Source: Candidatus Odyssella sp. | GTDB lineage: Bacteria > Pseudomonadota > Alphaproteobacteria > Paracaedibacterales > CAITNM01 | DNA length: 64,000 nt | Assembly: GCA_020726185.1 (NCBI GenBank) | Contig: DYTB01000001.1 | Span: forward strand, 66,526 to 130,525 | Direction: 5' to 3' | In this document: positions 35,077-44,367 of the stretch, piece by piece | Layout of the letters: each line of letters begins with the position of its first letter | Position numbering within the stretch: position 1 is the first letter of the stretch | Notes under the pieces: generated by a model | Databases searched by the model: none | Told to the model about the DNA's origin: nothing | Seen by the model: the letters and a program-made list of their open reading frames with translations, nothing else | Position numbers and translations under genes: made by a program

Positions 35077-37878
35077 ATGACACGGGATTATAAAGACACG
35101 GTTTTTTTGCCGAAAACTCCATTTTCTATGAAAGCCAACTTAGCAATTCGTGAGAAAGATTTTTTAGCGTATTGGCAAAAGATTGATATTTATAATGCGT
35201 TGCGTACGCAGTCAAAGGGAAAAAAGAAATTTATTTTGCATTGGGGGCCTCCCTATGCAAATGGTCATTTACACTGTGGTCATGCGTTAAGCTATATCTT
35301 AAAAGATTTAGTTAATAAAACTTATCAAATGGCAGGGTATGATGCGCCTTTTGTTCCTGGTTGGGATTGCCATGGTTTGCCTATTGAATTGAAGGTTGAG
35401 GAGCAATATAAAGCTAAGGGACAACGTAAAGAAGATGTTGAAGTTAGTGAATATATTGAGTCTTGCCGTGCTTATGCCAATAAGTGGATTGATATTCAAT
35501 CAGAAGAATTTCAACGTTTTGGTATAATTGCCAATTGGAAAAATCCTTACATCACAATGGACTTTAAAAATGAAGCTAAAATAGCGGCAGAGCTTGGTAA
35601 ATTTTTAATGAATGGTGGCTTATATCGTGGGTTAAAGCCAGTGATGTGGTCTGTTGTTGAAAAAACTGCATTGGCTGAAGCTGAGGTCGAATACCATGAC
35701 CATACCAGCGATGCAATTTTTGTGGCTTTTCCAATTGTTACTTCAAGTATTGAAACGTTAAAAAATGCCCATGCGGTAATTTGGACCACGACGCCTTGGA
35801 CACTCCCAGGAAATAGAGCCATTGCTTATGGCCATGATCATGCCTACACGGTTATTGAGGTGTTAGCTGGCACTGAATTAGTGCCAAGTGGAATGCGATT
35901 GCTTGTGGCTAAAGATTTGGTTGCAGAGGTGGCAACGGCTTTAGGCATTGAAAATTATGGAATCATTGGTCATGTGAATGGGGAAAATTTAAAAGGAACA
36001 ATTTGTCGTCACCCATGGCATGGAAAAGGGTACGATTTTGAAGTGCCAATGTTGCCGGGTGTGCATGTCACAACTGATGCTGGTACGGGCTTAGTGCATA
36101 CAGCACCTGGTCACGGAATTGAAGATTTTGGTGTTGGCCAAGAATTTGGCATAGAAGTGCCAGAAACGGTACAAGGAGACGGAGTGTATTATGCTCATGT
36201 TCCATTGTTTGCAGGCAAACATATTTTTAAAGTTGGTGCAGATGTTCTAGCAGCATTAAAAGAAGTTGGTGCATTGTTGCAAGCAACGAAGCTTGTGCAT
36301 AGCTACCCGCACTCTTGGAGATCAAAAGCGCCACTTATTTACCGGGCTACATCTCAATGGTTTATTTCAATGGACCGTAATGATTTACGTAAAAAAGCAA
36401 TGCAGGAAATTGATAAAGTTGAGTGGTTTCCGGCTATGGGTAAAAACCGTATTTCAGCGATGGTAACAAACCGGCCTGATTGGTGTTTGTCTCGTCAACG
36501 TACGTGGGGCGTGCCTATTACGGTATTTGTACATAAAGCAACAGGTGAAGCTTTGCGTGATGAAGCTGTGCACCAACGGATTGTTGATGCAATTGCAAAA
36601 GAAGGCATTGCAGCTTGGCACAAATACGACTCGGCATATTTCTTAGGCAGTGCCTATGTGGCAGATGATTATGAAAAAGCCAATGACATTTTAGATGTTT
36701 GGTTTGATAGCGCGTGTACCCATACCTTTATTTTAGAAAATAATCCAGACATGAGCTGGCCTGCAGATATGTATTTTGAAGGGTCTGACCAACACCGAGG
36801 ATGGTTTCAAACATCATTGTTACAATCATGTGGAACGCGTGGAGTAGCGCCATATCGCCAAGTTCTAACTCATGGATTTGTGCTTGACGAAAAAGGCTAC
36901 AAAATGTCGAAGTCCCAAGGTAATGGGTTTGAGCCACAACAAGTTATTGATTCCATGGGGGCTGACATGCTGCGCTTGTGGGCTGCAAGCTCTGATTATT
37001 CAGATGATGTGCGAATTGGTAAAGAAATTTTGAAACATCATGAGGATGTGTATAGACGTTTCCGCAATACCTTACGTTATCTTTTAGGGGCTCTTGCTGG
37101 GTACGAACACAAAAATGAAGTGGCTTATGATGAATTGCCAAATCTTGAGCAGTGGGTGCTGCACCGTTTGAATGACATTAAGAAAAGCCATCAGAAATTA
37201 TTTAAAACATACGACTTTGCGGCATTTTACAGTGAGCTACACACATTTTGTGCGACTGACTTATCAGCGTTTTATTTTGATATTCGTAAAGATACTTTGT
37301 ACTGCGATGCGTTAAATGGACAAAAGCGTTTGGCTACACTGAATGTTATGCATCATGTGTTTATGCATTTAGTGCATTGGTTGGCTCCAGTTTTAAGCTT
37401 TACAGCAGAAGAAGCTTGGCATGCTTTCCAGGAATGTGATGAACCAAATAGTATTCACACCCAATTTTTCCCCGAGATGCCTCGTCAGTGGGACAACCCG
37501 TCCATGGCGGCGAAATGGGAAGACTTGCGTAACATTCGCAGGGTGTTAACAGGTGCTCTTGAATTAGAACGAGCAGCAAAGACAATTGGTTCAAGCTTGC
37601 AAGCAAGCGTAATTATGTATGTAAGTTCTGAATGGTCAGACCGTTTGGATAACATCGACTGGGCTGAATTAGCGATCGCTTCGCAATTGGTAATTGTGCA
37701 TGCGCAAATGCCTGCAAATGCATTTACTTTGGAAGATGTGCGAGGTGTAGGTGTTGTCGTTGAGCTTGCTGAGGGGCAAAAATGCGGACGTTGCTGGAAA
37801 ATTCTTCCTGAAGTAGGGGAGCAACGCGAACCCGACTTGTGTAAGCGTTGTGATGAGGTTGTTCATGATCACTTTTAA
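35077..37878 (+). CDS. ileS: Isoleucine--tRNA ligase
   Basis: The 933-aa ORF has the HIGH-type motif PPYANGHLHCGH and the KMSKS motif. A C-terminal zinc-finger region reads CGRCW...CKRC. Confidence 0.95.
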   Translation: MTRDYKDTVFLPKTPFSMKANLAIREKDFLAYWQKIDIYNALRTQSKGKKKFILHWGPPYANGHLHCGHALSYILKDLVNKTYQMAGYDAPFVPGWDCHGLPIELKVEEQYKAKGQRKEDVEVSEYIESCRAYANKWIDIQSEEFQRFGIIANWKNPYITMDFKNEAKIAAELGKFLMNGGLYRGLKPVMWSVVEKTALAEAEVEYHDHTSDAIFVAFPIVTSSIETLKNAHAVIWTTTPWTLPGNRAIAYGHDHAYTVIEVLAGTELVPSGMRLLVAKDLVAEVATALGIENYGIIGHVNGENLKGTICRHPWHGKGYDFEVPMLPGVHVTTDAGTGLVHTAPGHGIEDFGVGQEFGIEVPETVQGDGVYYAHVPLFAGKHIFKVGADVLAALKEVGALLQATKLVHSYPHSWRSKAPLIYRATSQWFISMDRNDLRKKAMQEIDKVEWFPAMGKNRISAMVTNRPDWCLSRQRTWGVPITVFVHKATGEALRDEAVHQRIVDAIAKEGIAAWHKYDSAYFLGSAYVADDYEKANDILDVWFDSACTHTFILENNPDMSWPADMYFEGSDQHRGWFQTSLLQSCGTRGVAPYRQVLTHGFVLDEKGYKMSKSQGNGFEPQQVIDSMGADMLRLWAASSDYSDDVRIGKEILKHHEDVYRRFRNTLRYLLGALAGYEHKNEVAYDELPNLEQWVLHRLNDIKKSHQKLFKTYDFAAFYSELHTFCATDLSAFYFDIRKDTLYCDALNGQKRLATLNVMHHVFMHLVHWLAPVLSFTAEEAWHAFQECDEPNSIHTQFFPEMPRQWDNPSMAAKWEDLRNIRRVLTGALELERAAKTIGSSLQASVIMYVSSEWSDRLDNIDWAELAIASQLVIVHAQMPANAFTLEDVRGVGVVVELAEGQKCGRCWKILPEVGEQREPDLCKRCDEVVHDHF

Positions 37879-38353
37879 AGCCTTGCCAAAAAAGGGAAGC
37901 ATTGTTATTGGGCTTCTTGTTTTCGTGTTGGATCAGTTGTCAAAATTTTGGGTGCTAGAACATGTAGGTCCAGGAGAAAGCATGCATGTTTTTCCATGTT
38001 TGAATTTTCTGTTGGCTTATAATCCGGGGGTGACTTTTGGGTTGCTTCGCGCGTATTCCAATGTGCACTATATTTTGCTTGTGACGGGGGTTTGTGCTTT
38101 GGCATGCGTTGTTTGTAGATGGTGGTGGAAGGCAGAAAATGCTTTGCAGCGTTATGCAACCGCTATAATTCTGTTTGGGGCCTTAGGGAATTTGGTTGAT
38201 CGCTTGCGTTTTCGTGCAGTAGTTGATTTTCTTGATTTTCATATTTTTAGCTCGCATTGGTATACGTTTAACTTGGCTGATTCAGCTATTGTTTTAGGGG
38301 TTGGATTGCTGATGTTGGATAGTTTTTATAAGCCTAAAAATACCTTTATGTAG
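37850..38353 (+). CDS. lspA: Lipoprotein signal peptidase II
   Basis: It is polytopic with the LspA pattern (DQLSKFWV, NPGVTFG, GALGNLVDR, VVDFLDF, FNLAD). It follows ileS in the canonical ileS-lspA order. The start could be GTG 37850, ATG 37853 or ATG 37865. Confidence 0.88.
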   Translation: MMRLFMITFKALPKKGSIVIGLLVFVLDQLSKFWVLEHVGPGESMHVFPCLNFLLAYNPGVTFGLLRAYSNVHYILLVTGVCALACVVCRWWWKAENALQRYATAIILFGALGNLVDRLRFRAVVDFLDFHIFSSHWYTFNLADSAIVLGVGLLMLDSFYKPKNTFM

Positions 38354-39311
38354 GGTTTTTTGCAGGAAAAAAATTCATTTTATTAAGCTGTTCAATAACT
38401 TTATCCAACTCGTTTAAAACAAGTTGATTGTTAAGGTTTGCTTTTATTTCGAATGGTTGCGCATGTTTTCGGGCAAATAACTGTTGATAAAACCGTTTAA
38501 ATTTTAGTTTTGTTATGCCTGTTGGATAAATTAGTACAGGCTTGCCCATAACGCACGCTTCACTGGCCATGCTAATAGAATCTTCGCACACAATAATTGC
38601 ATCAACACCTTTTAATAAATTGGGATAAGGATTTTTGGTTTTTTGATTCCATATCCAGTAAGACACTCCATCAAGATTACGCTCAAAAATTTTCAACCAC
38701 TTTAAGGGTGTGCGACGTGATGGAGTAATAATAAGACTTGCTCCAATTAAAGCTGAATTCAAATTTATGAAAGTTCTTAAATCATTCGCCATTTTTATAG
38801 CGAGCTCATCTTTATAAGTGCCATGAACACTATTACCGCCTAGCAATACACCAACTCTAGGGTTAGTGTATTTTTCTAGAGTGCGTGGAAAAACAAGAAT
38901 TTCTGGCTGAATAGCATGTATAGCTCCTTGAGTGCAAATAACGTTTTTACCGTCTACCTGATCATGAACAGGAGCTATAACCACATCAAAATAATTTGGA
39001 GACACACCTGGGTTCATTAATACAACAGTTTTTGTACCGTGCTTTAAAGCAAGTGCTACAAGTACCGCTTGACGACCTGCTGCGATAATAATATCAGGTA
39101 GGGGGTCAGTTATACTTTTGACTGCCATGTTTTTCAAAAAAACAGGTAGCTTTGCAAATATTTTAGATGGCATCCAGCGACACCAAGAGGGCAGATGAAT
39201 TGGTTTTTTCTCATATTTTCCAATCCATTTTGATGCTAATGCTTCAGCTTGCTTCCAAGTTCCTACTTTTAAAGCATCTACGCATACCCAGCAAATATAT
39301 TTTTTCTTCAT
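38346..39311 (-). CDS. ELM1/DUF1022-family protein (glycosyltransferase-like)
   Basis: The 321-aa ORF fits my recollection of the alphaproteobacterial ELM1-like family (IIIAAGRQAV, VLLGGNS, ITPSRRTP, DSISM.SEA). Confidence 0.55.
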   Translation of the reverse strand: MKKKYICWVCVDALKVGTWKQAEALASKWIGKYEKKPIHLPSWCRWMPSKIFAKLPVFLKNMAVKSITDPLPDIIIAAGRQAVLVALALKHGTKTVVLMNPGVSPNYFDVVIAPVHDQVDGKNVICTQGAIHAIQPEILVFPRTLEKYTNPRVGVLLGGNSVHGTYKDELAIKMANDLRTFINLNSALIGASLIITPSRRTPLKWLKIFERNLDGVSYWIWNQKTKNPYPNLLKGVDAIIVCEDSISMASEACVMGKPVLIYPTGITKLKFKRFYQQLFARKHAQPFEIKANLNNQLVLNELDKVIEQLNKMNFFPAKNPT

Positions 39312-39513
39312 TTGGATTTATTTTTTTTTATTAAAAAAGTCCCTACAATTCAACCATAAAGCCAAATATAGCCTTCGTCCAGTATAAGAAAAAAATGATC
39401 CATTGAAAAGTAAATGCAAAATTTAACGAAATTTTAATAAAGCTTCGATTTAATGAGTATAAGGATCATTGGGTGGATTGCACCCATAGCAATATGTAAA
39501 TGAGGAAGAAATT

Positions 39514-41442
39514 ATGGTCGAAAGTATTCAGCATAAGCTCGACCGGGTGCGCCCACCGCGCGTCCAAATTACCTATGATGTAGAAATAGGTGATGCTATC
39601 GAAATGAAAGAGCTGCCCTTTGTGGTTGGTATTCTTGCAGATTTATCTGGTCATCTGTCTGACCCTCTCCCCCCATTAAAAGAGAGAAAATTTGTAGAAA
39701 TTGATCGTGACAATTTTCCAGAAGTTCTGGAATCTATCAAGCCACGCTTGGCAATTACTGTTCCCTACAAATTAGGTGCGGACAAAACTGAAACTTCTCT
39801 TGAGCTATTTTTCAGTTCCATAGAAGATTTTGAGCCATTAAACATTGTCAAAAGAGTTGATGATTTAAGTACGCTGTATGATTCACGCTGTCACTTAAAA
39901 GATTTAATGAATAAGCTTGATGGTAATGATGCACTTGCTGCAATGCTTTCTGATTTAATGGGAGATGCTGCAAAACAAAAAGCACTAGCAGATCAAATTG
40001 CTGCTGGTGCAGGTGCTGATCTCGATAAATTGTTGAGTGAAGGCAAAATGGTTCGTGATGAATCACAAAAACCAATAGTCTTAAATATTTTAAAAGAATT
40101 TTTAATGCAGGTTGCAACGCCTGACGAAAATGCACCAACACTACTTGGACATTATCTAGCGTATCATATGGACCGCATTGATAACCTTTTGACCAGTCAA
40201 CTTAATGAAATCATGCATCATCCAGATTTTCTAAAGTTAGAAGGATCTTGGAGAGGATTGTCTTACTTAGTGTACAAAGCTGAAACAGGTGAGCACTTAA
40301 AATTAAGGTTGATGAACCTTTCTCGTCAAGAACTGCAAAATGACCTAGATAAAGCAGTTGAATTTGACCAAAGCCAATTATTCAAAAAAGTTTATGAAGA
40401 AGAATACGGAACCTTTGGTGGACATCCATATTCTTGTTTGGTTGGTGATTTCGAATTTGGTAGATCTCCTATGGATATGGACTTACTTGAAAAAATTTCA
40501 GGTGTTGCCGCAGCTGCACATGCACCATTTATAAGCGCTGCACATCCTATGCTTTTTGACTTAGATAGCTTCGAGCACTTAGGCGTTCCAAGAGATTTAA
40601 GTAAGGTAATGGATAGCTTAGAGTTAGTAAAATGGCACAGTTTTAGGAGTGCTCCAGATTCTCGTTATGTGAGCCTAGTGTTGCCACGCGTTCTAATGCG
40701 CTTACCTTATGGTCCAGATACATCTCCTGTTGAAGGCTTGAATTTCAAAGAAGATGTAGGCATGGCTGACAGTAATCTTTTCTGTTGGGGTAATGCGGCA
40801 TTCGTTCTAGCTGAGCGCATGTGTAATGCGTTTAGCTTATATCGCTGGACAGCCGCTATCCGTGGCGTTGAAGGCGGTGGTATTGTTGAGGGATTGCCTC
40901 CTTACACATTCAAAACACCAGATGGAGACGTTGCTCTTAAATGTCCAACAGAAGTTAGCATTACTGATCGTCGTGAAAAAGAATTAAGCGACAACGGATT
41001 TATTTCTTTATGTCATTGCAAAGGAACTGACTACGCAGCATTCTTTGGTGGGCAAACATCACAAAAACCAAAGAAATATAATCTTGATGACGCTACAGCA
41101 AATGCAAACCTTTCAGCAAGGCTTCCATACATATTAGCCGCTTCACGATTTGCTCATTACATCAAAGTTATCATGCGTGATAAAGTCGGTAGCTTCATGA
41201 CAAAAGATAATGTTTCTCATTATCTAAATACATGGATAGCACAGTATGTGTTGTTAAACGACGGAGCACCTCAAGAAGTTAAGGCAAAGTATCCACTTCG
41301 TGAAGCAAGAATTGATGTATTTGAAGTTCCTGGACAACCTGGTTCATACACATCAGTTGCATATATCAGGCCACACTTTCAACTTGAAGATCTGGCAGTT
41401 TCTATTCGCCTGGTCGCAAAATTACCAGCACCACCCGCGTAA
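39514..41442 (+). CDS. tssBC: Type VI secretion sheath protein: TssB (VipA) and TssC (VipB) fused in one 642-aa polypeptide
   Basis: Residues 1 to ~165 match the TssB pattern (RPPRVQITYDVEIGDAIEMKELPFVVGILADLSGH...FVEIDRDNF...IEDFEPLNIV). The rest matches TssC (IMHHPDFLKLEGSWRGLSYLV, FDQSQLFKKVYEEEYGTFGGHPY, AAAAHAPFI, RYVSLVLPRVLMRLPYG, IRGVEGGG, ITDRREKELSDNGF, LSARLPYILAASRFAHYIK). There is no stop or frame change between the two parts. Confidence 0.85.
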   Translation: MVESIQHKLDRVRPPRVQITYDVEIGDAIEMKELPFVVGILADLSGHLSDPLPPLKERKFVEIDRDNFPEVLESIKPRLAITVPYKLGADKTETSLELFFSSIEDFEPLNIVKRVDDLSTLYDSRCHLKDLMNKLDGNDALAAMLSDLMGDAAKQKALADQIAAGAGADLDKLLSEGKMVRDESQKPIVLNILKEFLMQVATPDENAPTLLGHYLAYHMDRIDNLLTSQLNEIMHHPDFLKLEGSWRGLSYLVYKAETGEHLKLRLMNLSRQELQNDLDKAVEFDQSQLFKKVYEEEYGTFGGHPYSCLVGDFEFGRSPMDMDLLEKISGVAAAAHAPFISAAHPMLFDLDSFEHLGVPRDLSKVMDSLELVKWHSFRSAPDSRYVSLVLPRVLMRLPYGPDTSPVEGLNFKEDVGMADSNLFCWGNAAFVLAERMCNAFSLYRWTAAIRGVEGGGIVEGLPPYTFKTPDGDVALKCPTEVSITDRREKELSDNGFISLCHCKGTDYAAFFGGQTSQKPKKYNLDDATANANLSARLPYILAASRFAHYIKVIMRDKVGSFMTKDNVSHYLNTWIAQYVLLNDGAPQEVKAKYPLREARIDVFEVPGQPGSYTSVAYIRPHFQLEDLAVSIRLVAKLPAPPA

Positions 41443-41453
41443 GGAGATAAAAT

Positions 41454-42023
41454 ATGTCGATATCAATTATGAATATAGATCAAAAGGCTACGATCGTAAG
41501 TAATGCTGAGGGACGCGATGAATCACAGGCTTCTTCTGCGGACTTATTTGCAAAAATTGTCTACAGTGGAAAGGCAATAACTAGTAGTAGTGTTACTGAT
41601 TACATAGACGCTGCTGTTATTCATGGTCTAAAGATGAACGTTTGGAGAAAAGAAAGCGGAGACGTTTCCAATTCAGCTACAAATTCATCTGCTACGCTTG
41701 GAATGGATGAAATAGAATTCACACTACCTTGTAGTGACGTTGATATTACAGCCATTGAAACTATTGCAAACGGACAAATGGTCGATATTATTTTCACAAA
41801 AACTGGAAATATTACAGGACACAGCGTTAAAATTGAAACATTTAATTTTGAAAAAGCGCAAATTGTCAGTACGTTTTTTTTCATTCAAACAGCTGTGACT
41901 CCTTCAATTACAATTCGTTTTAAAGCAAAAAAAATTGAAATCACACGATTTGATTACAAAGAGGGAAAACCAGCTGGACAAAAAGTTTACGTTGTTGATT
42001 TCGTTACAAATACTAGTAAATAA
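41454..42023 (+). CDS. hcp: Divergent Hcp-like T6SS tube protein with a ~30-aa N-terminal extension
   Basis: It sits between tssC and tssE. By eye it is collinear with my recollection of Hcp1 (LFAKIVYSGKAITSSS..., EIEFTLPCSDVDITAIETIANGQ..., IEITRFDYKEGKPAGQKVYVVDFVTN) but lacks the usual GES motif. Confidence 0.55.
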   Translation: MSISIMNIDQKATIVSNAEGRDESQASSADLFAKIVYSGKAITSSSVTDYIDAAVIHGLKMNVWRKESGDVSNSATNSSATLGMDEIEFTLPCSDVDITAIETIANGQMVDIIFTKTGNITGHSVKIETFNFEKAQIVSTFFFIQTAVTPSITIRFKAKKIEITRFDYKEGKPAGQKVYVVDFVTNTSK

Positions 42024-42052
42024 GGTTACATTTTTAAAAAATTTGATTTTAT

Positions 42053-42085
42053 AGCCAATAGAACTCCATAATAGTTTTATTGGCT
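42053..42085 (+). terminator. Stem-loop downstream of hcp, a possible attenuating terminator
   Basis: AGCCAATA, a 17-nt loop, then TATTGGCT. The following tract is only moderately T-rich. Confidence 0.3.
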
Positions 42086-42100
42086 TAATTCATTCTACAA

Positions 42101-42631
42101 ATGGGCATCTCAACGAAGTCGCTTAAAAAAAATACAAGTACAAGCTCATTTCTAAATAAACCAGAACCAAAACCAAAAAAAGGTAGTAAAGCGCCTCTCT
42201 TTGAGAGATTGATTGATGACATTCCAGAAACACAGCAAGAACATCCTAAAAGGATAATTCTCAATCGTGCCCAAGTGTTAGAGTCTATAGTCAATGACGT
42301 TGCTCGTTTATTAAATACACACCTAAGCGCCACAGCAAAAATTTATAGTCGTTATCGTGACCAAGAATACGGCCTAGGTTTACCTTGGATGTATGGTGTT
42401 CCTGATTTTACATCAATGGACCCTGCTGACAAAACTCAGTGGGTGCGTATAGGTGATCTTTTTAAGGATGCCATCAGTTACTTTGAGCCTAGACTAAAAA
42501 AAGTAAGTGTTTCTCTTGACCATTTCGATGGACAGAGTCAGCGTTTATATATAAGCATTCGCGGACAAGTTGTAATGAAGGAATTTCAGCAACCCGTTGC
42601 TTTTGGTATAGAAATTAACAACCTCAGCTAG
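42101..42631 (+). CDS. tssE: Type VI secretion baseplate protein TssE (gp25-like)
   Basis: PLFERLIDD, SIVNDVARLLNT, GLPWMYGVPDF, ISYFEPRLKKVSV and LYISIRG follow the TssE/GPW_gp25 pattern. Confidence 0.8.
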   Translation: MGISTKSLKKNTSTSSFLNKPEPKPKKGSKAPLFERLIDDIPETQQEHPKRIILNRAQVLESIVNDVARLLNTHLSATAKIYSRYRDQEYGLGLPWMYGVPDFTSMDPADKTQWVRIGDLFKDAISYFEPRLKKVSVSLDHFDGQSQRLYISIRGQVVMKEFQQPVAFGIEINNLS

Positions 42632-42645
42632 CAATAAGGAAAAAT

Positions 42646-42984
42646 ATGACTATTGATAACATTCAAAAAAAAATAAAAAGTCTGCAACAAAAAATGGATG
42701 TATGGCCAACTGATAGTATCAAAGCTATGGATGATCGGAATGAAATTCTAGCCTTAACAGAATCGCATTTTCATGAAGTTGAGACTGATTTACAAAAATT
42801 GCTAGAGCAATGCAAAATGTTGCCAGTAAGTGAGCAAGGCTCTGTGACACCTTCTTTAAAAGAATTAAAGACTTTCGTACAAAACAAGTTTGTAAGCGCC
42901 GAAAAAGAGCTTATTGAAATTAAAAGCCAGATGAATCACGGACGGCATCATGTTAAAGCCATTCGTGCGTATACGAAAGCTTAG
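42646..42984 (+). CDS. Hypothetical coiled-coil protein in the T6SS locus
   Basis: The 112-aa ORF is helical and charged, has RBS AAGGAAAAA upstream, and shows no motif I recognise. Confidence 0.4.
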   Translation: MTIDNIQKKIKSLQQKMDVWPTDSIKAMDDRNEILALTESHFHEVETDLQKLLEQCKMLPVSEQGSVTPSLKELKTFVQNKFVSAEKELIEIKSQMNHGRHHVKAIRAYTKA

Positions 42985-42985
42985 G

Positions 42986-44206
42986 CTAAGCAGCTAAATC
43001 TGCAACTAAGTCGTCATAGGTCATCACGTGTTCAACCAACCCAAGCGTTGTAAGGGTTGGCTTGCCTAATAATACATTTTGGCATGCTGCCTGAACACTT
43101 TTCACATTAACGCGCGCTAACTTTTCAAGAACCTCTTCCATAGGAATAACACGCCCGAATAAATGCATTTGCTTTGCTAGACGTTCGCAACGATGCGAAG
43201 TGCTTTCAAGTCCCATCAAAAGCCCTGCTTGCATTTGATTTATTGAGCGATTGACTTCTTCTTCAGTAATTGTGCTTGCTGCTTTTTTAAGTTCAGCACA
43301 AATAACCGGTAGTAATTCAGCAACTTCCTTTGGTCCAGTGCCAGCATACACAGTCAGCATACCTGCATCGGTATAGCTGTATTGATCTGCTGAAATTGTA
43401 TAAACGAGTCCACGTTTTTCACGAATTTCATGGAAAAGACGAAACGCCATGCCGCCTCCTAAAACTGATGCTAATATCATATAATCGTAATATGTTGGGT
43501 CAAACATATTAACAGTAGGTAATCCGAGTACTACGTGAACCTGTTCTAAATCTTTTGTTTGCCTGAAATCTCCACCAACATATCCTGCAGGTAAAGGTGT
43601 TTGATCGCCCTTATCACAGATTTTTGTGAAATATTTATCAACAAGTCCGCAAAGTTCATCATGATCAACGCGCCCAGCTGCAGAAAACACCATGTTTTTT
43701 ACACCATAATGACGGTCCATGTATGCTTTTACAGCGCCTGGCGTAAGTGATTTTATAATGTCTTCTGTTCCCAAAGTTGCCCACCCCATAGGATGGTCAC
43801 CAAAACAAGTTTCCTGGAAATAATCAAAAACAACATCATTAGGCGTATCATTTGAACGACCTATTTCTTGCAAAACAACACCTTGTTCGCGCGCAAATTC
43901 AGCTTCGTCAAAAGTAGAATTTTGTAAAATATCAGATAAAATATCAACGGCAAGCTCAACATCTTTACGTAAAACTCTAACGTAATATGCTGTCATTTCG
44001 CGCGATGTGTAGGCATTCATATACCCGCCTACATCTTCAATAGCTTTTGATATGTCTAAGGCTGTACGATTCGTCGTACCTTTAAACGCCATATGTTCCA
44101 GCATATGCGCAATACCATGGCCCTGCACTGAATATAAGGTCAAAACTGTGGGGTTTAAATGGTAGCGTTTCCGAATCAATTTCAATAAGGCTTTCCATTG
44201 CCACAC
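42986..44206 (-). CDS. M16-family zinc metallopeptidase (MPP/PqqL-like), with an apparently damaged N-terminus
   Basis: The HxxEH zinc motif reads GIAHMLEHMAFKGT, followed by NAYTSREMTAYY. The ORF begins at a GTG. The expected N-terminal strand (ESLIEIDSETLPFKPHSFDLIFSAG) is encoded in another frame (ORF 44082-44375), and the usual GSRYE segment is missing. Confidence 0.75.
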   Translation of the reverse strand: MWQWKALLKLIRKRYHLNPTVLTLYSVQGHGIAHMLEHMAFKGTTNRTALDISKAIEDVGGYMNAYTSREMTAYYVRVLRKDVELAVDILSDILQNSTFDEAEFAREQGVVLQEIGRSNDTPNDVVFDYFQETCFGDHPMGWATLGTEDIIKSLTPGAVKAYMDRHYGVKNMVFSAAGRVDHDELCGLVDKYFTKICDKGDQTPLPAGYVGGDFRQTKDLEQVHVVLGLPTVNMFDPTYYDYMILASVLGGGMAFRLFHEIREKRGLVYTISADQYSYTDAGMLTVYAGTGPKEVAELLPVICAELKKAASTITEEEVNRSINQMQAGLLMGLESTSHRCERLAKQMHLFGRVIPMEEVLEKLARVNVKSVQAACQNVLLGKPTLTTLGLVEHVMTYDDLVADLAA

Positions 44207-44367
44207 ATCTTAAAAAAGTATGGTGGACCTGTAACGAAAAATTTCTTGAGAAAAAGCATAACCGTTGTTGCAAAATATCATTTAGAAAGGCTTGTAGTTT
44301 AATTACTTCGGAATGTGAATGCTTGATTTTAGTTTTTAAAAGACTGTTATCAAAAATTTTGGGAACA

